Origin: a virus
Strand: one strand, 5' to 3'
Length of the DNA: 64,000 bases
Virus record (IMG/VR): IMGVR_UViG_3300013108_000188
Part shown: piece by piece, positions 1-10,018 of the stretch
How the letters are laid out: each line of letters begins with the position of its first letter
Numbering within the stretch: position 1 is the stretch's first letter
Notes under the pieces: model-generated
The model's input: only the letters and a program-made list of their open reading frames with translations
Database searches by the model: none
What the model was told of the DNA's origin: nothing
Position numbers and translations under genes: made by a program

Positions 1-500
1 TTATTGAGTGTAGTCTGGTCACACGCTTCCATCATATTAACTCCTGTTTCCTCATAAAATTTATCATACATCTTTTCCTTATCTGCATTACCTTTACCTG
101 TTGCCAGTTTCTTAATTACAGATGGAACCAATGTCTCAAATTTTATACCTTTTTTATATAGTTTATGTTTTAAAAGTCCTGTATTTTCTGCTAAATTAAA
201 TACTCTTCCTTTACTTCCAAAAGAGTAGTCTTCAATATAAACCATAGGGTTTACGGTACTTCCTATTACCGTATCAAATACCCATTCTGATATATTATCG
301 TGTCTTTCTTGTTGTGTATTCCAATCAGGAAAATAGTCACCTTGTATTTGACCATCTAAAAATAAACCTTCATATTTTTTTACACCTGTTAGATAGTAGA
401 ATCTGCAATTATCTAAACCTGCATTATCGCCATTAAAACCACCATCTACTACACAACAACAAGGACAAGTTAAACTATAATCAATTCCAATTATCTTCAT
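1..500 (-). CDS. RuvC-like Holliday junction resolvase (3' end runs off window)
   Basis: Manual translation MKIIGIDYSLTCP...VYIEDYSFGSKGRVFNLAENTGLLK...IKKLATGKGNADKEKM shows RNase H/RuvC-fold motifs; not in the ORF track. Confidence 0.75.
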   Translation of the reverse strand, partial: MKIIGIDYSLTCPCCCVVDGGFNGDNAGLDNCRFYYLTGVKKYEGLFLDGQIQGDYFPDWNTQQERHDNISEWVFDTVIGSTVNPMVYIEDYSFGSKGRVFNLAENTGLLKHKLYKKGIKFETLVPSVIKKLATGKGNADKEKMYDKFYEETGVNMMEACDQTTLN

Positions 501-654
501 CATCTTCCTCACTTGAAATCGTTTCAGTTTCGTCATCTTTATCTAATGCACCACCACAGAAAGGACAAGTCCAAGGTTCTAAATCTACCTCTTCCCAAAT
601 TATTGTAAAACTTTCTTCACAATGAGGACATTGTGTCTTTCTTTTCTGTGCCAT
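481..654 (-). CDS. 57-aa zinc-ribbon protein
   Basis: Manual translation MAQKRKTQCPHCEESFTIIWEEVDLEPWTCPFCGGALD... has two CxxC pairs and an acidic tail. Confidence 0.65.
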   Translation of the reverse strand: MAQKRKTQCPHCEESFTIIWEEVDLEPWTCPFCGGALDKDDETETISSEEDDEDNWN

Positions 655-658
655 TATC

Positions 659-1765
659 TTATAATTTAAATTTCTTAAATTGGTCTTTCTCTACATCTTG
701 TTTTATACCACCGATAACATAACTTTCTATTTCTGTTTCCTGTGGTGCGTTTTGTAATCCACGACTATTAAACCAATGTTCAGTCCAAGGCAATGGGTTT
801 GTATTAGATATATCGTATCGTGGTTTCATACCAATTGCTTTCAATCTTTTGTTAGCAGTCCATTCAACATAGTTATGTAAAAGTTTTTCTGATAAACCTA
901 TCATACTACCTTTACTGAATAGATATGTTGCCCAACGCTTCTCTTCTGCAACTGCGTCATCATATAATTTCGCAACATACTTTTCATTATTCTTAATAAC
1001 TTTGTCCATTACTTTATCTTTTTCAGGACCTCTATAGTTATTAATTATTCTTTGTGATACTGCTAAATGCTGACTTTCGTCCCTTGATATAAATGATATA
1101 ATCTTTGCACTACCTTCCATTAGTTTTAATTCACCAAAAGCGAAACTACAAGCAAAGGAAACATAAAATCTTAATCCTTCAAGTATGTTTACCGTTACCA
1201 AAGTTCGCCAAAGTTTCTCTTTTAAATCGTATTCATCAACTTTAGATTTATCTAATGACCACTTATTACCTAATTGTATAAGTTCATCATAATGTTGAGT
1301 TACCGATTTACTTCTTCTCTCTATCTTCTCGTCTTCTATTATAGTATCAAAAACTTCTGAAGGATTACTATATAAATTTTTGATAATATATGTATAACTT
1401 CTACTATGTATAGTTTCAAAAAAATCCCAAGCAACTATACAACCTTCTAATTCTGGTAGTGATACAAATGGTAAAAATGCCAAACACGGACCTCTACCTT
1501 GTACACTATCTAACATAGTTTGATATTTTAAATTACTAGTAAATATAAACTTCTGTTCTTCTCTTAATATCGCCCAATCTGACCTATCTTTTTGTAAAGA
1601 TACTTCTTCTGGTCTCCAAAAGAAACCTAATTGTTGTTGTGTCAATTTATCAAAGATAGGATATTTCATATCGTCATATCTTTGTACTGCTAAATCTTCA
1701 CCAAAAAACATAGGTTGTTTTGTAAAGTCTAAACCTTTTCCTTTATTAAAAACGGTACTCGTCAT
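659..1765 (-). CDS. nrdB: Class Ia ribonucleotide reductase beta subunit
   Basis: FFWRPEEV, ETIHSRSY, LEGLRFYVSF, RDESQH and the APQETE tail; start set at MTSTVF just after the rplL stop. Confidence 0.97.
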   Translation of the reverse strand: MTSTVFNKGKGLDFTKQPMFFGEDLAVQRYDDMKYPIFDKLTQQQLGFFWRPEEVSLQKDRSDWAILREEQKFIFTSNLKYQTMLDSVQGRGPCLAFLPFVSLPELEGCIVAWDFFETIHSRSYTYIIKNLYSNPSEVFDTIIEDEKIERRSKSVTQHYDELIQLGNKWSLDKSKVDEYDLKEKLWRTLVTVNILEGLRFYVSFACSFAFGELKLMEGSAKIISFISRDESQHLAVSQRIINNYRGPEKDKVMDKVIKNNEKYVAKLYDDAVAEEKRWATYLFSKGSMIGLSEKLLHNYVEWTANKRLKAIGMKPRYDISNTNPLPWTEHWFNSRGLQNAPQETEIESYVIGGIKQDVEKDQFKKFKL

Positions 1766-1769
1766 CTTC

Positions 1770-2141
1770 TTATTTGATTTCAACCTTTCCACCTGCTGCT
1801 GTAAGTTCTTTAGAAATCTTTTCTGCTTCTTCTGGTTCTAAATCCGTTTTAACCTCTACTTTTTCACTTGCTGATTTTTCAACAAAATTCTTTGCTTCTA
1901 ATAATCCTAAATCTAGTATAGGTCTTATAGTCTTAATAACCATAATCTTCTTACTATCTTCAAAACCAATTAGATATACATTTTTCGTAGCTTTTGCTTC
2001 TTCTACAACTGGAGAAGCACTAGGTTGTATATTACTTGCTTGAATACCCCATTTCTCTTCCATCATCTTTGCCATATCGGCTGCTTCTTGCATAGTAAGA
2101 TTACCTATTTGTTCTACTAATGCGTCTAACTTATCACTCAT
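1770..2141 (-). CDS. rplL: Ribosomal protein bL12 (L7/L12) homolog
   Basis: N-terminal LTMQEAADMAKMMEEKWGI dimerisation helix; C-terminal domain KKIMVIKTIR..LGLLEAKNFVE..EAEKI..LTAAGGKVEIK. Confidence 0.9.
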   Translation of the reverse strand: MSDKLDALVEQIGNLTMQEAADMAKMMEEKWGIQASNIQPSASPVVEEAKATKNVYLIGFEDSKKIMVIKTIRPILDLGLLEAKNFVEKSASEKVEVKTDLEPEEAEKISKELTAAGGKVEIK

Positions 2142-2784
2142 CTTTTACCTTTTCTCCTTTATAAAAATAATCATCACTATCGCCATATCTCCATTGTTCT
2201 TCTTGTTCGCAATAGTAATATCTCCCACATACCTTAAAGTCAGGTTTTTTTAACTCTTTTGGAGTAAGAGATTGTTCGTACCAAAGCATTCTATTATTTG
2301 GTTGAGCAAAGTATTGCCCGTTTTCTAACTTACCAAAATTAAATTGTTTGTGTTCGGTTGGTACCTCCGACACTCCAGTATTTATTGTGTTTGGATCCGA
2401 GTGGACTGAATCGATAGTAAATAGATATTCACCTTTCATTTCTCCTTTATCTGGTATCCATATTTTAACATTACAATTCTTTAATAAACTCTTTTCCCAT
2501 ATTTGAATATGATAACTAAAAGCATCCCAAAGTTCTAATTGATTAAGATTTAATTGTTCACTATTAATTATATTCTTTCTCCACACTAACGCACTTATTG
2601 GAAACTTATCAAAACAAGCACCATATTCAGGTAAGTATGCTTCAAACATCAATGCCTTACCTCTCATTGATTTAACTGCTATTAATACTGCTTCTATATA
2701 TTCGCCGTGTCCTCTTTCTAAATCGTGGACATATTCTTTTTTTATAAAACAACGAATATGTGGTATGTTCGCAACAAAATTCAT
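2134..2784 (-). CDS. Hypothetical phage protein
   Basis: 216-aa ORF packed between nrdA and rplL. Confidence 0.7.
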   Translation of the reverse strand: MNFVANIPHIRCFIKKEYVHDLERGHGEYIEAVLIAVKSMRGKALMFEAYLPEYGACFDKFPISALVWRKNIINSEQLNLNQLELWDAFSYHIQIWEKSLLKNCNVKIWIPDKGEMKGEYLFTIDSVHSDPNTINTGVSEVPTEHKQFNFGKLENGQYFAQPNNRMLWYEQSLTPKELKKPDFKVCGRYYYCEQEEQWRYGDSDDYFYKGEKVKDE

Positions 2785-2796
2785 ACACTCTCTTTC

Positions 2797-5175
2797 TTAT
2801 ATATTACACGCTTCGCATTCCTCTTCCGACAATTCTTCTTTTTGTGGAACCTTTATTTCATCTTTAGTATCTAGTAATATATTTGGTTGTTGATTTGGTT
2901 GTAGATTTACACTACCTATTTCTGCTTCTTCATAAGTCAATGGGTGCATTGGCTCATCTTCAACTTTACCGTCATATGTATTCTGATAATAAGATGTCTT
3001 CCACCCATACTTATAAGTCGTTAATAAATCACCTGCCATTGTAGATACTGGCACTTGATTATCTTCGTAATTTTCAGGATTGAAAGACCAATTACCAGAT
3101 ATAGCTTGGTCAAAATACTTCTGCATTACTGACACTACATTTATATATCCTTCATTGTCTTTCATATCCCATAACAATGTATAGTTATTTTTTAATCTTG
3201 TATAATCAGGCACAACTTGTTTTAATGTACCTTTCTTACTTTTCTTAACACTTAAAAAACCTCTAGGTGGTTCAATGCCGTTTGTAGCATTGGAAACCAC
3301 ACTAGAAGATTCAGAAGGCATTTGGGCCGAGAGAGTGCTATGTCGGAGCCCATACTTTTTTATATCGTTCCGTAATTCTTCCCAATCAAAGCTGAGTTTA
3401 CGATTTACAATCTCATCAACTTCTTTCTTGTAAGTATCTATCGGAAGGATACCGTCTGAATATTTTGTCCTGTCAAAGTAATCACACTTTGTTTTCTCTT
3501 TTGCAAGTTCATTACTTGCACATAACAGGTAATACTGGAATGCTTCTGTAAGTTTATCTACTTCTTTCCACGCCATCTTTTGGTCATAAGTATAACCTTT
3601 CTTAGCAAGATAGTGTGCTAGACCAATATATCCAACTCCTAAACTTCTTCTAGCTTTAGTAGATATTTCAGCTGCCTTAACTGGATACTTTTGATGGTCT
3701 ATAATTTCGTCTAATGCTCTTACTGATAAATCACATAGTTCTTCTAAATCGTCTAGTGATTTTAAAAGACCAACATTGATTGCACTTAAAATACATAATG
3801 CAATTTCACCTTTGCCATCTATGTGATGTATAGGGTCTGTTGGTAAAGTAATTTCTTGGCATAGATTTGACATATTAACTTTGTCTTTAAAAGAGGAGTG
3901 TGAGTTTGCGTGGTCTATATTCATAATGTATATACGACCTGTTTCTGCTCTTTCTTTTAATAAGTCCATAAACAATCTTTGTGCCGATACTTTCTTTCTA
4001 TATACCGATGTATCTTTTTCATATTTTAAATACATTTCATCAAAAGCGTCTGTACCAAAAGCGTCATATAGACCAGGTACTTCGTGTGGACTAAACAAAG
4101 TTATATCTTCGTCATTAATAAATCTTTCGTAAAATAGTTTTGATAACTGAATTGAATAATCTAATTTTCTAACTCTATTATCATCACTACCTTTATTATT
4201 TTTTAAAACTAATATATCTTCTATCTCTTTATGCCATATAGGAAAGTGTACCGTTGCACAACCACCTCGTACACCGTTTTGTGTACAACTCTTAACGGTT
4301 GCTTCAAATTTCTTTAAGAAAGGTATAACACCTGTGTGTTGCACTTCTCCACCTCTTATTTTAGAGTTAATACCTCTTATACGACCCATATTAAGACCTA
4401 TACCTGCTCTTTGTGCTGTATAGTATCCAACTGCCATATCACTTGAAAAAATAGATTGTAGAGTATCAGCAACATCTACTAATACACAACTAGCATATTG
4501 TTTAATTGGAGTTCTAACACCTGCCATAACAGGAGTAGGAATATTAATTTTAAATGTTGAGATTGCGTTATAATATTTTTTAACATAAGTTAATCTTTTA
4601 TTTTTTGGATATTGAGCAAATATTGTAGCGGCAATCATCATATACATCTGTTGTGGAGTTTCGTGGATAGTTCCATTACTTCTATCTTGTACAAGATATT
4701 TGTCCATCACTTGTCTTAAACCAGCATATGTAAATGAATAATCTCTATCGTGTGCCAACATAGCATTCATACGGTCAAAATCTGCTTCATCGTACCATTT
4801 TAAAATATCTTTATCATATACTCCAAGTTCAACACATTTCTTTGTGTGTTTAAATAAATGTGGATGGTCCCACAATCTTCTGTTAATAGATTTTCTTAAA
4901 CTATAAAGTAATAGTCTAGCAGCTACATATTGGTAATTTGGATTTTCTAATGAGATTAAATCTGAAGCAGACTTAATTAAGATTTGTTGAATTTGGTCTG
5001 TCGGTATGTTATCATAAAATTGTAAATCACTATTCATTTCTACCTGTGAAGATGACACACCTTTAATGTCTTCACAAGCATACTCAACCATATCGTGGAT
5101 TTTATCTACATTTATTTCTTCTCGTCCACGACCATTTCTTTTTATAACAAATATCTTCTTGCCTTCTTCACCCAT
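2797..5175 (-). CDS. nrdA: Class Ia ribonucleotide reductase alpha subunit
   Basis: ATP cone (VIKRNG), PTPVMAG, ASCVL, SNLCQEI, MPSESSS, KTSYY and C-terminal CEAC. Confidence 0.98.
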   Translation of the reverse strand: MGEEGKKIFVIKRNGRGREEINVDKIHDMVEYACEDIKGVSSSQVEMNSDLQFYDNIPTDQIQQILIKSASDLISLENPNYQYVAARLLLYSLRKSINRRLWDHPHLFKHTKKCVELGVYDKDILKWYDEADFDRMNAMLAHDRDYSFTYAGLRQVMDKYLVQDRSNGTIHETPQQMYMMIAATIFAQYPKNKRLTYVKKYYNAISTFKINIPTPVMAGVRTPIKQYASCVLVDVADTLQSIFSSDMAVGYYTAQRAGIGLNMGRIRGINSKIRGGEVQHTGVIPFLKKFEATVKSCTQNGVRGGCATVHFPIWHKEIEDILVLKNNKGSDDNRVRKLDYSIQLSKLFYERFINDEDITLFSPHEVPGLYDAFGTDAFDEMYLKYEKDTSVYRKKVSAQRLFMDLLKERAETGRIYIMNIDHANSHSSFKDKVNMSNLCQEITLPTDPIHHIDGKGEIALCILSAINVGLLKSLDDLEELCDLSVRALDEIIDHQKYPVKAAEISTKARRSLGVGYIGLAHYLAKKGYTYDQKMAWKEVDKLTEAFQYYLLCASNELAKEKTKCDYFDRTKYSDGILPIDTYKKEVDEIVNRKLSFDWEELRNDIKKYGLRHSTLSAQMPSESSSVVSNATNGIEPPRGFLSVKKSKKGTLKQVVPDYTRLKNNYTLLWDMKDNEGYINVVSVMQKYFDQAISGNWSFNPENYEDNQVPVSTMAGDLLTTYKYGWKTSYYQNTYDGKVEDEPMHPLTYEEAEIGSVNLQPNQQPNILLDTKDEIKVPQKEELSEEECEACNI

Positions 5176-5190
5176 AATTTTTCCTTTATA

Positions 5191-6225
5191 TTAAACTTTT
5201 TTATAATTTACTAATGCTTGTTTTGCTGATAATTTAGAGTATGTGTTGATACTTATAATTTCATCTAATTGTACTTTGGTTACACCTGTCATAATTAAGT
5301 CATTAACATCTTTAAGTTGTATCTCACTAGGCCAAATAAAAATGTTATATCCTTGTTCAATAATCTTTTCCATTCTATTAATGATTTCTTTATTACGAGG
5401 TTCGTTGTCAAATATATATGTGACCTTATCTTTTGAGATTTTACTATCTAAAGATAAATCTGCCCCACCAGCAGCTAAACAATTATCTAAAAATAAACTA
5501 TCAATAGGTCCTTCTACAACAAATATATGTTTTGCAAAATTTATTCTTTCAAGTCCAAATACTTTTTGTTTATTTTCATCTAACTTAATGGTTACATATT
5601 TTGGTACTTCTTTTCCAAAGGCACGACCTTGATAAGCAAACACCTTACCTTGTTCATCATAGAAAGGAATAATCAATCTAGGATGGTCGTACTTCGGTTT
5701 ATTATATTTTCTTGGAGCAATCTTATGTGCCCATTCATAAAATTTGTCGCATAAAAATAACTTATCAAAATACTTCTCTGGAATAAGTCTTTCTACAACA
5801 ACTTTTCTTGCTGGGTGTTGAGCGTCTAACTCAGCAATACTTTTCAGTTCACTAATATGGTCATCTTTTATATCAGGTTTAAAATCAAATTTAAACTCTG
5901 GTTTAGGTGTCGCTGGGGACGCCGTTTTATATCTTTCTAATAGATATGTTTCATAGACTTTTGGGTCTATAAATTTTAAAAAATTTGCAAGGTTTTGACC
6001 AACACCACAATTATGGCATTTGAAAAACATATCGTTTTTCTTACGATAGAAATAACCTCTACTTTTTAGTTTTGACTTCTGACTATCCCCACAATGAGGA
6101 CATCTGAAATTGAATAGATAGTCACCTTTTTTCTTAAATTGGCCTAATCTTACCGAAATCTCATTTATGAATTTTAAATCAATATAACTGGACATAGCAA
6201 TCTCATAATTATTATTATTACTCAT
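5191..6225 (-). CDS. gp61: T4 gp61-like DNA primase
   Basis: CPHCGD/CHNC zinc finger; TOPRIM motifs VEGPIDS and FDNEPRN; KDVND. Confidence 0.95.
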   Translation of the reverse strand: MSNNNNYEIAMSSYIDLKFINEISVRLGQFKKKGDYLFNFRCPHCGDSQKSKLKSRGYFYRKKNDMFFKCHNCGVGQNLANFLKFIDPKVYETYLLERYKTASPATPKPEFKFDFKPDIKDDHISELKSIAELDAQHPARKVVVERLIPEKYFDKLFLCDKFYEWAHKIAPRKYNKPKYDHPRLIIPFYDEQGKVFAYQGRAFGKEVPKYVTIKLDENKQKVFGLERINFAKHIFVVEGPIDSLFLDNCLAAGGADLSLDSKISKDKVTYIFDNEPRNKEIINRMEKIIEQGYNIFIWPSEIQLKDVNDLIMTGVTKVQLDEIISINTYSKLSAKQALVNYKKV

Positions 6226-6321
6226 ATTACACTAATACGAGCTATTTGTCAAGCACCTCTAAAAAAGGTATTTGGGGAAAAAAATGCCAAGGTAAATTCG
6301 CCCTTTAAAAAGGTAGAAAAC

Positions 6322-6777
6322 CTATTGGACTTTCATAAGTTCAATTACTAGAGGAAAATTCCTAGCTAATATAAACCCTATTACTATTGACCCACCTATA
6401 ATCAACCACTTCCATTTCTCTAGTACATTTACCCTATCTCCAAGTGTATTTTTGATAGACTTAATCTCGTTCATAATACGCTTTTCAGTAAGGTCCATAT
6501 TCTCTTTTAGAGACGCATATCTTGTTTCTGTCTCTACTTGTCTTTCCTTTAATTTAGAAAAGATAATTTCATCTAATTTTTCTGCTTGTGATAGTTTTTC
6601 TTCGTGTACTGCTAACATAGACTTAATACTTGAAGATATACCTGTTAACTTCTCAATCGCTGTATCTAGTCTTTTATGCACCATTGAGTTTTGTTCTAGT
6701 TCTGTTCTCAGCACCTCAATACTTGTCCTGTTGTCTGCGACTTCTCTCTCTAAAGAAGTTAGTGATTTTTCTGCCAT
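6322..6777 (-). CDS. Coiled-coil protein with C-terminal membrane anchor (XhlA-like)
   Basis: Heptad pattern followed by LEKWKWLIIGGSIVIGFIL. Confidence 0.6.
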   Translation of the reverse strand: MAEKSLTSLEREVADNRTSIEVLRTELEQNSMVHKRLDTAIEKLTGISSSIKSMLAVHEEKLSQAEKLDEIIFSKLKERQVETETRYASLKENMDLTEKRIMNEIKSIKNTLGDRVNVLEKWKWLIIGGSIVIGFILARNFPLVIELMKVQ

Positions 6778-6787
6778 TTATTTATCC

Positions 6788-8932
6788 CTAATCTGTCTGT
6801 ATTATTGTTATATTATTTTGGGTAGAGGAATTTCCCACATCAAGGTGTTGTGCTTCTTTATCTTGTAAAATTTGAATATCTGCCTCATTACTCGTTTCAG
6901 TTTTTACATAAGCTCTATGATTATCGTTATATCTATTTATAATTGTGTAGTCACCACTAGTAGAAGCAGTAGCGTCAAAATCATTATTTAATGTTGATAC
7001 TCTTCCTGTGGAAGTAGCACTTGAAGTCGCACCTGTAACCCCATCCGTTGTAGTTAAAGTTTGGGTTACATCTCCAGTAGTATAGTTTAAAGTTTCACCA
7101 CTAGCAGTTACCTGTGTTTCTGCACCAGTATTATCAACCCATTCAGTACCACAACTAGAATTAGCATTGTCCCAATAGTATCCATATTTTAAACACTCGT
7201 CTTCATTATAACTAGCTAATAATATTTCTAGTTCTGCGTCTATATCATAGTCATCTTCGTAAGCATATTCATCTTCCCAACTAGATTGGTCATCTTCATT
7301 ATTGTAATCGTAACCTGTGTACCACCAATCGTATAATGCGTCCCAATATGTATCCCAATCTGACCATTCCCAATCAGTTATGTAAGTCTTTTTTAAATCT
7401 TTCATTTTCCAAGGTTTAGGTTGGTCAGCACACATCTTATAGTTTGGCCAACTTCCACACCAACCATATAATTTACCAAATATCTTTTTAGCTTCTTTAG
7501 TCCAACTATCATTGGTTACTTTTAAAGTCCAGTCATCTTTATACCAATCGTTTAAGTAATCAACATAGTCTTGGTTACACCAATAGTCTTCGTAACCATT
7601 GTACTCACAATAGTTTTGTACCGTTAATGTAGGAGGACCTCCATTAGCAATGTATTCAGAATTGCTATAGTAAGCGTCATCTAAAGCAAAATCTTCCCAA
7701 GTATATCCTTCAACTACTTCTGCTTCTGTTTCTTCTTTAGTTTCTTCAACTACATCTTCCTCAACTACTTCTACATTCCAAGAAGCAAGACCATAGTCAG
7801 ATAAAATTTCGTTATATGCCTCATCATAAGCATCCCAATCAACTTCATCCCAATTTATATCATCCCAATTAACACTATCCCAACTACAATCTGAACAACC
7901 TATTGCGTCAAAATATGCTTGGTCCATTTCGGCATACATTTGTTTAGCGTCATCCCAATCCATAGTCTTTTCACCTTCAGCATCCCATACAGAAATCTGG
8001 TTATCTTCATCTATATAACCCCACTCTTTTAAATCATCTTCCCATTCATCATAGTAAGATGTATCTACTTCTGATTCTACAACTGCTGTATCTAAACCTT
8101 TTTCTTCTATTGATTGTGTTTCAATTATTGCGTCACCTTCACTAACAGACATATCTGTTTGAACAATTGTGTCATTGTTCTCTACTACATTTACTTCTTC
8201 ATTTATTATCGCCTCTTCCATTGCTTGTGCTTTTTCAACTTTAGTATCCATATCACCAAAAGATTTCTCAACATCTTCTTTTATATCTTCTTCAAATTTA
8301 TCTAACTCAATAATGTTTTGTTTATTAGTTTCTATTTTAGGAGGTGTAGGTGCTAAATCATTATTATAAACGGTTACGGAATTAAATGCGTTTGTAATTG
8401 TTTGAGAACCTGCGTCATTAGATACGGTTAACATACCTACTGAACCATCACTATCAGGCAACAAAGTAATTGTTGCTTTACCTGAAGTATCAACGGTACC
8501 TGAAAACGCTGTACCTTGTACCGTAATCGTAGCGTTACCAGCATTAATATTAACTTCACCACCTAATTCTGATACACTTCCAGATTCATATGTAAATGAA
8601 CCTACATTAACCGATATGTTCATTGCTAATTCTATTGGCACAACAGAAGTATCAAAAGCAAACTCATCAATAATTAATTCTGTATTTGGTCCCATTGTAA
8701 ATTTAGTTTTATCAACATATGATATTATCATACCACCATCTTCACCTGTTTGAAGAAAGTCGTTCATCTGTAATTCATAACCAGTAGAAGTGTTTTCAGT
8801 TGAACCGTCCCTTTCGTTCCAAGTCGTACCCATTGAACCTATGACTTCGCCAACTTTTGGACCTGTTATTTGAGCTATTGCACTAGTACAGAAAAGTACC
8901 AGGAAAGATACTATGAGAAATAGTTTTTGCAT
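6788..8932 (-). CDS. Exported FecR-domain protein with long acidic Trp/Tyr-rich region and curlin-like C-terminus
   Basis: Signal peptide; FecR-like segment LQTGEDG..D.TKFTMGPNT..GSF..ATITVQGTAF; ends NNITIIQTD. Confidence 0.75.
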   Translation of the reverse strand: MQKLFLIVSFLVLFCTSAIAQITGPKVGEVIGSMGTTWNERDGSTENTSTGYELQMNDFLQTGEDGGMIISYVDKTKFTMGPNTELIIDEFAFDTSVVPIELAMNISVNVGSFTYESGSVSELGGEVNINAGNATITVQGTAFSGTVDTSGKATITLLPDSDGSVGMLTVSNDAGSQTITNAFNSVTVYNNDLAPTPPKIETNKQNIIELDKFEEDIKEDVEKSFGDMDTKVEKAQAMEEAIINEEVNVVENNDTIVQTDMSVSEGDAIIETQSIEEKGLDTAVVESEVDTSYYDEWEDDLKEWGYIDEDNQISVWDAEGEKTMDWDDAKQMYAEMDQAYFDAIGCSDCSWDSVNWDDINWDEVDWDAYDEAYNEILSDYGLASWNVEVVEEDVVEETKEETEAEVVEGYTWEDFALDDAYYSNSEYIANGGPPTLTVQNYCEYNGYEDYWCNQDYVDYLNDWYKDDWTLKVTNDSWTKEAKKIFGKLYGWCGSWPNYKMCADQPKPWKMKDLKKTYITDWEWSDWDTYWDALYDWWYTGYDYNNEDDQSSWEDEYAYEDDYDIDAELEILLASYNEDECLKYGYYWDNANSSCGTEWVDNTGAETQVTASGETLNYTTGDVTQTLTTTDGVTGATSSATSTGRVSTLNNDFDATASTSGDYTIINRYNDNHRAYVKTETSNEADIQILQDKEAQHLDVGNSSTQNNITIIQTD

Positions 8933-10018
8933 TTAACACCCGCTATTGTTTAGCTGAACGGTTGTATCTGCTGTCTGATTGTTTCTATTGAAAGAGTATG
9001 TACAATTATCTGAACCATCTTGGTCAACAAGTAAAGTGTAATCGTAAATTGAATCACCACTTACGGTTAAGTTTGCTTCGTTTGAACCACCTGTTTGTTT
9101 TAATTCTACTACTGCGTTTGAAGTATAGATATAAACATATGCCTTATTGTTTCCACCACTTCCATAATATCTATAAACATTTGAGTTACCACTTGTAACC
9201 GTTTTCATATAATTATTATCGCCGTATTGAATCATCCTTATGTGAGAACCTACAGCGTCTGGATGAACATCTAATACATTTGAATCACCTATGACATCGT
9301 GTACTTGATAATTACTAGCACCCCAACTTGCCATATGAACCGTATTGGAGCTACCAATTATATAAACATCAATTGTAGCACCTTCGTCACCACTTGTATC
9401 TGCAAATTGTCCGTGTGATTCTACATTTGGACCAATCATAACATTTGCTTTACTTGAACCAACCATACCTGTTGAGTTAGTTGCACCATAAAACTCTACA
9501 TCATTTGAATCACCTGACATAAGAACATATAAGAAGTGTGAGTCACCTCTTAAATATGCCCAAAAATCATTTGAGTCACCTTTAATATCTAAATCTATGT
9601 GAGTATCTTGTATATCATCACTTGTATGTGAATCTAACTCTACTATGTTTGAGTTACCTGTAATATCTATATCGTAATAGTGTCCATCTGCGCCTGTGTC
9701 ATCTAAATCAAGTCTTAATACATTTGAATCGCCTGTTGCAATGTAATCAAAGGTCATATTAGACCCATAAAAAGTGTCGTGGTTGGTATCTACAGCAACA
9801 TTATTATCGCCTAATTGTTTTATGATAAGTGTTAAGTTAGGACCATTAATTATAAAATTTGCTGAGGAAGAACCAAACTTATTACCTGAACCATCTTGTT
9901 TTATATAGATGGATCCTGCACTAGTTTGATTGTCTTGCTGAATATAAACAGAATTGCCAGCGAAACTATTAGTTAGTGTCGCTAGAAGAATCACTATTGC
10001 CATTACTATCTTTTTCAT
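8933..10018 (-). CDS. Curlin-like (CsgA/CsgB-like) repeat protein
   Basis: Signal peptide plus about 13 repeats of hydrophobic-x-Q/x-G-[DNS]-[SN]-N (IKQDGSGN, IKQLGDNN, MIQYGDNN, LKQTGGSN); adjacent to csgG. Confidence 0.75.
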   Translation of the reverse strand: MKKIVMAIVILLATLTNSFAGNSVYIQQDNQTSAGSIYIKQDGSGNKFGSSSANFIINGPNLTLIIKQLGDNNVAVDTNHDTFYGSNMTFDYIATGDSNVLRLDLDDTGADGHYYDIDITGNSNIVELDSHTSDDIQDTHIDLDIKGDSNDFWAYLRGDSHFLYVLMSGDSNDVEFYGATNSTGMVGSSKANVMIGPNVESHGQFADTSGDEGATIDVYIIGSSNTVHMASWGASNYQVHDVIGDSNVLDVHPDAVGSHIRMIQYGDNNYMKTVTSGNSNVYRYYGSGGNNKAYVYIYTSNAVVELKQTGGSNEANLTVSGDSIYDYTLLVDQDGSDNCTYSFNRNNQTADTTVQLNNSGC

